Virus record (IMG/VR): IMGVR_UViG_3300049009_000874
Location: 32,001-96,000 of that record
From: a virus
Taxonomy: Duplodnaviria > Caudoviricetes
Reading direction: 5' to 3' (one strand)
DNA: 64,000 bases
Shown here: one piece after another, positions 46,959 through 55,343 of the stretch
Layout: every line of letters starts with the position of its first letter
Numbering within the stretch: the first letter of the stretch is position 1
Notes under the pieces: generated by a model
The model's input: the letters and a program-made list of their open reading frames with translations, nothing else
Databases searched by the model: none
Told to the model about the DNA's origin: nothing
Translations under genes and position numbers: made by a program

Positions 46959-47795
46959 ATGTATCAAATTGTCTTAATCATGTCATTGGCTTTTTGTTTC
47001 CCGCCACCAGAGGAGATACCCGAAATAAAGGGATTGGTATGGAACAGGTATGTCACCAACAACTTTACCATTCTGAGCATCGAGGACGAACAAGGTTATT
47101 GGATGAAGAATAACATCGAGGGCATCAAGTCGTGGTGTTTGAACAGGTGGGGTTTGCCAGACATAAAATTCTCCAGGGAGTGTAGGGTTTTTTGCGTTCC
47201 GGACTCGGCGATGCTGAAAAAGCTTTTTGACTTGGATGTCTCGAAAGTCGAGGTGAGGAGGAAGGGTTCTGATCTTGAGATAACCGCCATGTGGTTGGCT
47301 TTGGACGACAAGCCGTCGAAAATCATACCGTCGTATTTGAGTCAGGTCGCTCTGTCCGAGTTTGAGTCTATCAACAAAATAAAATTGCCGTTCTGGTGCA
47401 AGGTCGGAATGTCCCGGCTCAACAGGGGGATTGCCGAAATCAGGTCTGACTTGACATCCATTGACAAGGATAAGCTTTTTGACATCTCGACGCTCATGAA
47501 TACGAGCGAGGAACAGTTCTCGAAGTTAAGCGCGGAGAAAATGCGTGTCTTTTCTTCCCAATCAGAATTCCTTTGCCTTTTCATACGCAAGGAGTTTGGT
47601 GAGGTCAGGCTTCACAGTTTCATGAAAGAAAGCTTTAGGGTCGGTTCGGACAAGTCTGTGGCTTCGGTTCTTGGATTTGCTGGATACGAAGACATGGAGA
47701 AGACATACTTGCGGTATGTGAGGCGTCTCTCGGTTGACATAAAAAACAACATAACTCCGGATTCCTATCTGGAAATAAACAAGGTCGTGAGGTGA
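46959..47795 (+). CDS. exported protein, possibly degenerate peptidase-MA-like
   Basis: Hydrophobic N-terminus; TNNFTI, LPFWCKVGMS; HExxH absent. Confidence 0.5.
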   Translation: MYQIVLIMSLAFCFPPPEEIPEIKGLVWNRYVTNNFTILSIEDEQGYWMKNNIEGIKSWCLNRWGLPDIKFSRECRVFCVPDSAMLKKLFDLDVSKVEVRRKGSDLEITAMWLALDDKPSKIIPSYLSQVALSEFESINKIKLPFWCKVGMSRLNRGIAEIRSDLTSIDKDKLFDISTLMNTSEEQFSKLSAEKMRVFSSQSEFLCLFIRKEFGEVRLHSFMKESFRVGSDKSVASVLGFAGYEDMEKTYLRYVRRLSVDIKNNITPDSYLEINKVVR

Positions 47796-47798
47796 TTT

Positions 47799-48095
47799 AT
47801 GATTAGTTTGATTATATGGATTGTTTTCGGCTTGATAGTTGGATTCCTGGCTAGGTCCTTGCATCCCGGCAATGATCCGATTGGATGTCTTCCGACCATA
47901 GTCATAGGGGTTGCTGGATCTTTTGTGGGAGGGATCATCAACTGGACGATGAATGCCGGACAGGCTCCATATGAGCCATCTGGATTCCTGATGTCGATAC
48001 TTGGCGGCGTGATATCTTGCGCGGCATGGAGGTGGTATGTACTGAGAACATCTCCTTCCGGTCCAAAAAACTTCTTCACGGGAAAAACAAGATGA
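47799..48095 (+). CDS. GlsB/YeaQ/YmgE (transglycosylase-associated) membrane protein
   Basis: WIVFGLIVGFLARSLHPG..IG...TIVIGVAGSFVGG. Confidence 0.9.
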   Translation: MISLIIWIVFGLIVGFLARSLHPGNDPIGCLPTIVIGVAGSFVGGIINWTMNAGQAPYEPSGFLMSILGGVISCAAWRWYVLRTSPSGPKNFFTGKTR

Positions 48096-48316
48096 TAGAT
48101 GAAAAGGTGGTTGGGGCATTAAGATCGAAACATTCTTCCGTGCATCCCCTTCTTTTTCAGAGATCGGTCGAGCATGCCACCAGCGCCGGAAATCTTTTTG
48201 ACATCTTGGAGGATATGCCTTTGAAATATCCGATATATTGGAACGATGTCTTGAGGGTCTGGGCGCGGTGCGATGACGTCACGATGAGGGGAAATTTCTC
48301 GGAGGTAATGAAATGA
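48092..48316 (+). CDS. hypothetical protein
   Basis: ATGA overlaps at both ends. Confidence 0.7.
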   Translation: MIDEKVVGALRSKHSSVHPLLFQRSVEHATSAGNLFDILEDMPLKYPIYWNDVLRVWARCDDVTMRGNFSEVMK

Positions 48317-49026
48317 AGGAATGCGTTCTGTTGTTCGCCTGCTTGTTTTGTGGTTCGGAGCAGAGCAACAAGCTCCAGTACAGGTACTCTGTGGTCCATG
48401 ACAAGCCAATAGTGTCATACTCGGAAATCGTAGCGGTGATGCCCAACGCGGACAGGATTGTCATACCGCTTATAAACAACACCATCCCGGCAATAATTGT
48501 CAAGCCACGCAACGGACTCGATTGCGAACTTGTGCTCGATTACGAGGACAAGGACGCGGCTGCTGCTCTCCCGGACCAGAGGCAGATAATCTACGGCAAT
48601 GACGATGCCCCCAGAAAGAAAGACCAGAAAATCCAACCTGTTGCGGGGAAGCAGAAGGTCGACACGGAAAAGAAAATGGACGACAGGGTTTTGGAAACAT
48701 TTCTTTCAATCCAGAGGGAATTGCTGTTGTTCGACTTGATAAATATGAGAGACGACTCTGCGTCGGTTGAAGCCATAAATTCTCTGGCGAAAAAAGTAGA
48801 GGAGATCAAGAAGATGACAATAGAGACAAATTCAATCCTTGGTTCGATAGGAAGCAAGTCCATAGAAATTAAGGTCGAACTCAACGAGATAAAGAATATG
48901 CTTGGAGACATGAGAAAGGAACTCGTGAACATCAAGAACAGCATCGAGACAAAGGCTTCCGTGAAAAAAGATATAATCGAGCCATCCCTCCCGATTGTCG
49001 ACAAGGGAACCATTCCGAAAAAATGA
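48313..49026 (+). CDS. exported coiled-coil protein
   Basis: GGAGG RBS; signal-like N-terminus; heptad-rich C-half. Confidence 0.75.
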   Translation: MKECVLLFACLFCGSEQSNKLQYRYSVVHDKPIVSYSEIVAVMPNADRIVIPLINNTIPAIIVKPRNGLDCELVLDYEDKDAAAALPDQRQIIYGNDDAPRKKDQKIQPVAGKQKVDTEKKMDDRVLETFLSIQRELLLFDLINMRDDSASVEAINSLAKKVEEIKKMTIETNSILGSIGSKSIEIKVELNEIKNMLGDMRKELVNIKNSIETKASVKKDIIEPSLPIVDKGTIPKK

Positions 49027-49685
49027 AAATAGTAGAAGACTACATCAGGCGGAACAACTTGCAGGGAGTTCCAGTGGTGCAACACTGCGACAGTCTTTTT
49101 TTCATAGCCAGACCACGCTTGGTCGAGGACAACATTGGTTATTTGTACATGACTTCCAATTGGATCGACAGGAGCAAGGGACCTGGATCTTACATGGTTA
49201 AGTTCTTCTCCCCGCAGAAGGTAGGAAAGAACTGGATGAACAAGCTGAGGCATCAAATCTATGCCGACAAGAGCTTCATGTTCAAGGAGATCTCAACCCA
49301 TACTGTCGAGTACGAGGATTACGAGACTTTCATGTTCAATTGGATGGATATGGTTCATTCGTCTTCCGACAAATGGATTGTTTCCAAAAACAGGGATGAT
49401 GCTTTGCTCATGGTCTGGGAGTCTTTCGTTTACATTTTTGACGTCGTTTTGTCTGAATTCCCGGCAATGGCTAAGGTCGATTTGTGGGAGAGCCTAGATG
49501 CCGGCAATGGGGTGATTAAGAGGAAAGAGCACATGAGCAACACGTTGAGCCACATTTGCGCGATCTCGGACCAGATGCACAACGTGTGGCTTTCCGACAT
49601 ATGCCACCATATGGACTCCTACTGCGACTGGATGGGCGAGTGTTTCTCCAGAGGCAAGTCGGACAAACTTATCTCGGTCACATGA
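49023..49685 (+). CDS. hypothetical protein
   Basis: 220 aa, ATGA overlap. Confidence 0.8.
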   Translation: MKIVEDYIRRNNLQGVPVVQHCDSLFFIARPRLVEDNIGYLYMTSNWIDRSKGPGSYMVKFFSPQKVGKNWMNKLRHQIYADKSFMFKEISTHTVEYEDYETFMFNWMDMVHSSSDKWIVSKNRDDALLMVWESFVYIFDVVLSEFPAMAKVDLWESLDAGNGVIKRKEHMSNTLSHICAISDQMHNVWLSDICHHMDSYCDWMGECFSRGKSDKLISVT

Positions 49686-49737
49686 TGGGGGACATGAAAT
49701 CAAACCTTTTTTCGGAAACAAAAAGAACATAGAGCTT

Positions 49738-50358
49738 TTGTACGCGAGTCCATCGTCCGGTCAGTTCGCCTTGGAGCAAGAGCCTCCAAAGACCATTTCT
49801 TGGGACAACTGCCGAGAGCAGTTTCTCGGGAAGATGTCGATGGACATGTGCGGCTTCTTTTTCACGCATCACGACGGCAAGGGCGATGATATCGCCTGCT
49901 TCCTCACGAAGATGGAGGAGGTGGTTTCGTTGTCCGGTCTTTCATTTGGCTTTTCTTCGTTCCGCAAAACAAGCAAGACGAACATAATCTGGGTGGAGCC
50001 GGGAGGGTTGTGGCGCAACGGCGTCATGTCCATGTCGCTCTTGACTCTCATGCTGAGGTCGTCCTTGAATTACGACATGGTTGCTGACAACTTCCAGGAC
50101 TGCCTTTTCGGCAATTTCCATGAAAACAGGATGATTCGGGAAACCAAGCAGGCTGTGCTGAGGTTCATGTTCGGATTCACGAAATATGTCGGAGAGTTGC
50201 CTCCGATGACGAATCCATCTTACAATTCAACACTGGTGAGACACGGATGGCATTCCGAGTTCAACTTTGCCGATCTTGTGGCTATCAAGAGAAAACTGGT
50301 TTCGACACACGAGGGAGCCCGAAGTGAAAAATTTGGGTTTGATTTCATATGGAATTGA
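49738..50358 (+). CDS. hypothetical protein, paralog of 24331..24900; 5' end possibly frameshifted
   Basis: Only a TTG start in frame; out-of-frame ATG at 49694. Confidence 0.7.
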   Translation: MYASPSSGQFALEQEPPKTISWDNCREQFLGKMSMDMCGFFFTHHDGKGDDIACFLTKMEEVVSLSGLSFGFSSFRKTSKTNIIWVEPGGLWRNGVMSMSLLTLMLRSSLNYDMVADNFQDCLFGNFHENRMIRETKQAVLRFMFGFTKYVGELPPMTNPSYNSTLVRHGWHSEFNFADLVAIKRKLVSTHEGARSEKFGFDFIWN

Positions 50359-50624
50359 AGAACATATCGTCCGAGAACCTGAGCGACTTGAACTACGGCA
50401 AGTGGATCGTGGTTTTCTGGGTGCCGTGGGGAAAACCTTCGTTCAAGGAGATGAGATTGGCGCGGTCTTCGAAATCAAAGTCCAAGCTGGCTTGCGTCAA
50501 CGTGGAGGACAACCCGGACATAGCCGTGAAATTCAATGTTTCTTTCTTTCCGACCACGATACATTTTAATCAAGGCAGGGAAAGCAAGAGGGTCTTTGGA
50601 TTCTCTGGAAGGGGGAACTCCTGA
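50349..50624 (+). CDS. thioredoxin-fold protein lacking CxxC
   Basis: IVVFWVPWGKPS, VNVEDNPDIAVKFNVSFFPTTIHFNQG. Confidence 0.8.
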   Translation: MELKNISSENLSDLNYGKWIVVFWVPWGKPSFKEMRLARSSKSKSKLACVNVEDNPDIAVKFNVSFFPTTIHFNQGRESKRVFGFSGRGNS

Positions 50625-50625
50625 C

Positions 50626-51348
50626 ATGTGGTTTTTCACCGCCGACCTTCACCTGAATCACAACAACATAATAAAGTACTGCGAACGACCGTTCATGAAC
50701 ATTCTGGAGACTGGTCTGATGCAGATGGTCAAGTCCAAGATCATACCCGTTAACGAAGTGGCGATCAGCGACGAGTCGTCCGAGAAAATGACCAACTACA
50801 TCATTGATTCCATAAACCAAGTCGTTTCGGCAAATGACAACCTCGTCATTGCCGGTGATTTCTGCCACACGAGTAGTTCGGAAAGGGCTTCGGAGATAGC
50901 AAGGCTTCGAGCGATGATAAACTGCAAAAACGTATACCTCATAATTGGCAACCACGACGACAGGAACGCGATGTCCAAGAGCTTCACGTGCTTTGACCAA
51001 TATATGTTCAACGTAAACGGGCAGAACGTGTTCGTCTGCCACTATCCGTGTCGATCTTGGAATAAATCGTCTCGAGGTTCGTGGATGTTGTACGGTCATG
51101 TCCATGGCGGTTTTTCTCGAGAGGATTCCCTCGGGTTTTCGGAGAACGATGAGAGAACGTTGTTTTCTGGGTTCAAGGACATAGTCGGGGACGACGTCGT
51201 GTGCGCCAAGTTGGTCGAGGTCGCTAGGAAGTCGATGCCGCGAAGGCTCACCCTTGATATCGGCGTCGACAACAGGCGGGACGGGTTTAGGTTCGGGGCT
51301 CCGTGGAGTTTCGACGATATTCGCAAATATATGTCTTTATTGTCTTGA
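50626..51348 (+). CDS. calcineurin-like metallophosphoesterase
   Basis: ADLHLNH, GDF, GNHD, CHYP, YGHVH, DIGVD. Confidence 0.9.
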   Translation: MWFFTADLHLNHNNIIKYCERPFMNILETGLMQMVKSKIIPVNEVAISDESSEKMTNYIIDSINQVVSANDNLVIAGDFCHTSSSERASEIARLRAMINCKNVYLIIGNHDDRNAMSKSFTCFDQYMFNVNGQNVFVCHYPCRSWNKSSRGSWMLYGHVHGGFSREDSLGFSENDERTLFSGFKDIVGDDVVCAKLVEVARKSMPRRLTLDIGVDNRRDGFRFGAPWSFDDIRKYMSLLS

Positions 51349-51380
51349 TGGTTTTTCATGTTTTTGATAGCATCCAAAAC

Positions 51381-51539
51381 ATGAAAATTCCAGTCGTGAG
51401 GAAATCGTGGTTTCTGTGTGACATGTGCGACGACTGGTATTGCTCGATCCACGACACGCACGTTTGCGACTGTCGTTGCCCTCCAATCGAGGAATGGGAC
51501 TACGACCCAAGGAACGGCGAAAACATGGGGAAGCCATGA
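51381..51539 (+). CDS. small Cys/His-rich protein
   Basis: CDMCDDWYCSIHDTHVCDCRCP. Confidence 0.6.
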   Translation: MKIPVVRKSWFLCDMCDDWYCSIHDTHVCDCRCPPIEEWDYDPRNGENMGKP

Positions 51540-51727
51540 AAAAATCTACGATAGACAGAAGTGGGGTTGTCAGATGCCTGGGATGGTGCAACAAGAACTT
51601 CTTCAGCCTTGATAGGTTCTCCATCAGGTTCTGCAAGAAATGCACCGAGCGCAAGGAGGGTGAGATCAAGAAGTCTTGCATCAAATCCGGCAGACTGACA
51701 CTGGAAGACGACAATGCTGGTTCTTAG
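51536..51727 (+). CDS. small zinc-finger protein
   Basis: CLGWC...FCKKC; ATGA overlap. Confidence 0.65.
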   Translation: MKKSTIDRSGVVRCLGWCNKNFFSLDRFSIRFCKKCTERKEGEIKKSCIKSGRLTLEDDNAGS

Positions 51728-52097
51728 CCTGATGATGGCTCTGGTTGCACAGAAGGATTCTGGCGTCTTCATGCCGTTCATGAAGCCAGACGTCATAAGC
51801 TCGTCCCAGGTTCTAGTCCACTACAAGTGCATAAGCAAATGGGAAAAGTCGGCATCATACATACCAGTCTACGTGGGTTCGGAGATGGTAGGCGCCGGGA
51901 TTCTTTCTCACGTCGGCAAGGACGGTTGGGCTTACGCCAAAATATACTTCAAGTCTGAAGTCGATAAAAATTGTGATCTAAGGGCTAACCTCAAGGTTCA
52001 CAGTTGCAACTTCAAGCAGGATGGCTGCTATTGGCAAATCGAGGACGCTTCAATAACCAAATTCGTTTTGGTCAAAAACGGAGCAAAGTTTGACTGA
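51714..52097 (+). CDS. exported hypothetical protein
   Basis: Signal-like N-terminus. Confidence 0.7.
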   Translation: MLVLSLMMALVAQKDSGVFMPFMKPDVISSSQVLVHYKCISKWEKSASYIPVYVGSEMVGAGILSHVGKDGWAYAKIYFKSEVDKNCDLRANLKVHSCNFKQDGCYWQIEDASITKFVLVKNGAKFD

Positions 52098-52957
52098 TGA
52101 TAAAAACAAGCGAAAAGTGCTGCGTCTACATATTAAACGAAAGCCCAATATACCATGCCATGTACTCGGTGTCCGTGAGGATGTTGAGGCTTCACAACCC
52201 GGACGTGAAGATAATACTGTACTATGTTCTCGATTCCAACTCAGACTCCTGGTCGGAGAGCAGCGGCTTGTACGGTCAGATAGATTCCGAGAACGCAAAG
52301 AAGTATATGCTTTTGACCAGATTGGAGATCGAGGAACTGTCGGCTAAAATGGGGGTGGAGGTCAGGGTCAGAACGTTGACGTACAGATCCCAGAACTACG
52401 CTCCCATACAGAGATCGCTTCTCTATGATCTGGAATTCACGGATGTCCTTCTTCTTGACGTTGACACCTTTTTTTTCGGAGACATCAGTCGGGTTTTTTC
52501 GTTACTCCCCGACAAGGATTTCATTGCCTGCCCGATGGCGGCTCTCAACAGGGCTGAAAACTCTATAGAAAATCAGAATATGATGTTCGTGTACAGGCGT
52601 CAAGATTCGGTCGTCAAAGAGGTGGTGAAGCCATTCAATTCTGGAGTCGTCCTGTGGAGGAGGTCTCTCTTGTCCGAATACGCTAGATCTGTTCTCGGCT
52701 ACTGCAATGAGTTGCTCCACAAGAAACACCCGATGTCCGACATGATGTATGCCCTCAGGGAAGATGGGCGGTCAAGAGAGGAAATCGCCTGCAATCTTTT
52801 TGTCTTGGAGAACGGGCTTTCGGCTTCCCTCTTTGATCCCAGTGACGTCGCCATAGCCGAATACAGCGAGAATCTATGCATTCTTCACTCATCCAGCTCT
52901 GGATTTCCCTATTTCTTCGCCAAATTCGCCCACGAAGGCAAGCTCGTGCCCAACTGA
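52097..52957 (+). CDS. GT-A (GT8-like) glycosyltransferase
   Basis: VLLLDVDTFF, PFNSGVVL, ILH. Confidence 0.75.
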   Translation: MIKTSEKCCVYILNESPIYHAMYSVSVRMLRLHNPDVKIILYYVLDSNSDSWSESSGLYGQIDSENAKKYMLLTRLEIEELSAKMGVEVRVRTLTYRSQNYAPIQRSLLYDLEFTDVLLLDVDTFFFGDISRVFSLLPDKDFIACPMAALNRAENSIENQNMMFVYRRQDSVVKEVVKPFNSGVVLWRRSLLSEYARSVLGYCNELLHKKHPMSDMMYALREDGRSREEIACNLFVLENGLSASLFDPSDVAIAEYSENLCILHSSSSGFPYFFAKFAHEGKLVPN

Positions 52958-53047
52958 TTCTCACCGAATGACGCTAGTTGCGGGTTAAATTGCCGCAGAA
53001 ATGTTTATATATTTCAGTAGTTCTTTACTTTTGCAAAAGGAGAAATT

Positions 53048-53266
53048 ATGGCTACTTATACTGTAAATTTGTCACCAGCTTTGGTGAATTTGGGCACTGA
53101 AGGGTCTTTGGATACATCCGTTACCGGTGGTAACTCGATCCAAAGAACTGTTCATGGAATGTATTTTCATGAAAGCGGTGAATTTAAAATGGCAGGTCGC
53201 GTTTCAGATGGTGGAACTTTCACTGATACTGTCGCAACCGTTGCAGATCTTGATTTTATAGTTTAA
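53048..53266 (+). CDS. small protein, possibly a highly expressed virion component
   Basis: AAGGAG RBS, own terminator, T-ending codon bias. Confidence 0.75.
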   Translation: MATYTVNLSPALVNLGTEGSLDTSVTGGNSIQRTVHGMYFHESGEFKMAGRVSDGGTFTDTVATVADLDFIV

Positions 53267-53290
53267 TCTTAAATTTAAGATGAGGTTATC

Positions 53291-53325
53291 AAAAAAGCCA
53301 GGACATAAATGTCTCTGGCTTTTTT
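53291..53325 (+). terminator. intrinsic terminator
   Basis: AAAAAAGCCAG-GACA-taaa-TGTC-t-CTGGCTTTTTT. Confidence 0.8.
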
Positions 53326-53378
53326 CTTGCACATATGTGAGATTTGAGTCAGAATGTTCGTAACGGAGGATTTTACTT

Positions 53379-53612
53379 ATGCCAGAAAAAAATGATTTCA
53401 TGCAGGTCGCAGCCATATCGGTTGCGGTGATTTGCGTCGTTCTGATATACGCTTTTTTCCTGACTTTGCCGGTGTGGTGGTTGTGGAATTCGATTATCCC
53501 GGAAATAACCAATGGGAGGTTGAAGGAAATAACCTTCGTCCAGGCTTTGCAGCTAAACCTTTTGTTCGGCATAGTGTTCCGAATATGGATGCCGCACAAG
53601 TCCGCAAAGTGA
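53379..53612 (+). CDS. small membrane protein
   Basis: GGAGG RBS; WWLWNSIIPE...ITFVQAL. Confidence 0.75.
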   Translation: MPEKNDFMQVAAISVAVICVVLIYAFFLTLPVWWLWNSIIPEITNGRLKEITFVQALQLNLLFGIVFRIWMPHKSAK

Positions 53613-53627
53613 GAAGCGTTCAATCAA

Positions 53628-54383
53628 ATGACATATGCCCAGACGTCACGTTTTTTGATGTTGAGGAGTGATGTCCACTTCGGTGATGTCCTCATAATTT
53701 TAAATGTAATCTACAACATTTCCATTCACGAAAAATCCAAGATACATCTGTTCTGCGACAACAGAAGGGGTCTGGTCGAGGAATTGATGTCGGTCTTCGA
53801 TTACGAAGGAAGAATAGAGCTGGTCGAACATATAGATTGCGAACTATGTGTCGACTTCAAGTTGGGCACATTCCTGAATACGGCTGAATATCCGAGTTGG
53901 TCCGGCGAATTTTTCGGGAAGTCCACGATTGATCCTTTTCCCCTGGAAAGGTTCGTGCTTCCCGGATTAAAAATGAAACTTTCCAAGATCGGACGATACA
54001 GGTGTTGCCAGCTTGACGGAAGGTCGCCGCAGGCTGAAAAGCCATTGATGACCGAACTTGAATTGGGTCGCATATTGGCGCGGTTCTGTAGGGGCGTGGT
54101 TTATCATGTTGGGGGGAAAGACCGCGTGTTCAAAATGAACGGCGTCCGCAACTATAACGGAAACCCCAAGGAACTGTCGCAATTCATATATGGGTGCGAC
54201 ATGTTCTTCGGTATAGACAGCGGGATGTCGCATCTGTCTGGGACCTTGGGGGTTGAATCGGAGGTGTTCATTCAGTCAAGGATCGAAGGTTACGCCTCAT
54301 CCGTGGAGGACGCGTACCGTTTCATGTATCCCACGGTCAGAACGCACAGGAGAGAGTCCATTTCCCACAATCTCCTTTTCTGA
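53628..54383 (+). CDS. GT9-like GT-B protein
   Basis: HFGDVL near the N-terminus; FFGIDSGMSHLSG. Confidence 0.7.
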   Translation: MTYAQTSRFLMLRSDVHFGDVLIILNVIYNISIHEKSKIHLFCDNRRGLVEELMSVFDYEGRIELVEHIDCELCVDFKLGTFLNTAEYPSWSGEFFGKSTIDPFPLERFVLPGLKMKLSKIGRYRCCQLDGRSPQAEKPLMTELELGRILARFCRGVVYHVGGKDRVFKMNGVRNYNGNPKELSQFIYGCDMFFGIDSGMSHLSGTLGVESEVFIQSRIEGYASSVEDAYRFMYPTVRTHRRESISHNLLF

Positions 54384-54395
54384 AGAATATTGCTG

Positions 54396-54423
54396 TTGAC
54401 TTGGTTTTTTATTCTGATACAAT
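54396..54423 (+). promoter_or_regulatory. sigma70-like promoter
   Basis: TTGACT-16 nt-TACAAT with an extended -10 TG. Confidence 0.6.
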
Positions 54424-54467
54424 GATTTTGGCTGATTTGTAGCCGATTTTTTTTTTCAAAGGAGTGA

Positions 54468-54734
54468 ATGATGAAGAAGTATCTTTTGGTTTTGGCTGTG
54501 GTTTCTTTTTTCAGTTTTGGTTCTGCCGAGGCAGGATGTCGTGGCGGACTGCTTAAGAGCAAGGCTCGTGCAGGTTCTTGTGGTTCCTCTTGCGGGGGAT
54601 CTAAGATTCTTCATGGTCAGATTCTAGGCTCCAGATCATCTGGTTGCGCTTCCGGGTCGTGTTCTGCGACCAAGGCTTCTGAGAGCAAAGGTTCTGAAAA
54701 GCCAAAGCCAGCCACGGTTCCAAGCACCAAGTAA
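54468..54734 (+). CDS. small secreted Gly/Ser/Cys-rich protein
   Basis: AAGGAG RBS; Sec signal ending AEA; SCGSSCGG, GCASGSCS. Confidence 0.8.
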   Translation: MMKKYLLVLAVVSFFSFGSAEAGCRGGLLKSKARAGSCGSSCGGSKILHGQILGSRSSGCASGSCSATKASESKGSEKPKPATVPSTK

Positions 54735-54769
54735 TCAATAAGTAAGCACGTTAAAATATTTGTCGAACC

Positions 54770-54797
54770 AAGGAGCGTTTAAAAGCGCTCCTTTTTT
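54770..54797 (+). terminator. intrinsic terminator
   Basis: AAGGAGCG...CGCTCCTT followed by a T-run. Confidence 0.8.
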
Positions 54798-54866
54798 GTT
54801 TGAATATAGCCGATGTTCTTGGCGGTTCGACCATCGAGTTTTGTTGCGGCAAAGCATATATATGTC

Positions 54867-55289
54867 ATGCGGAATATTTCGTTTAAGGACTGGATGTTGT
54901 TGCAGGAGGGGAAGACTTCTGGAAAGACCGTCCTGTATCCGATGGGATACGGCGGCATAGGTCTCTACCCATTGCAGACATATCTACCAGGTTCAGCCGA
55001 TGCCATACTTTACATATCCATAGATGACAGAGTCTACAAAAATGGCGATGGAGCCCCGTTTGACATAAGCCATCTTCCTGGACCGAAATGCTGGAAAAAC
55101 CCGAATTCCGGAACAAAAGCCCCGTTCGACATACGCCACATACCCGGTCCGGAGCCATACAAGAACCACAATGGGGCTGGAACCAAGGCTCCGTTCACGA
55201 TAAAGCACATCAATGGACCTGAGCCGCACAATAACCACAATGACGCCGAGGATGGGAGTCCTTTCCCCATAAAACATCTCAAAAAATAA
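54867..55289 (+). CDS. protein with capsid-targeting-like N-terminus and four PFxIxH repeats
   Basis: MRNISFKDWMLLQE; APFDISHLPGP, APFDIRHIPGP, APFTIKHINGP, SPFPIKHL. Confidence 0.75.
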   Translation: MRNISFKDWMLLQEGKTSGKTVLYPMGYGGIGLYPLQTYLPGSADAILYISIDDRVYKNGDGAPFDISHLPGPKCWKNPNSGTKAPFDIRHIPGPEPYKNHNGAGTKAPFTIKHINGPEPHNNHNDAEDGSPFPIKHLKK

Positions 55290-55343
55290 CCGTTTTCACG
55301 TTTCTATTTGAACTTCGATACTTAATTATAACGAGGTTTAAAA

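Noticed and set aside
51714-52097. Third CsrA (starts MLVLS)
   Set aside because: Similarity stops after five residues; no RK or VRIGI motif
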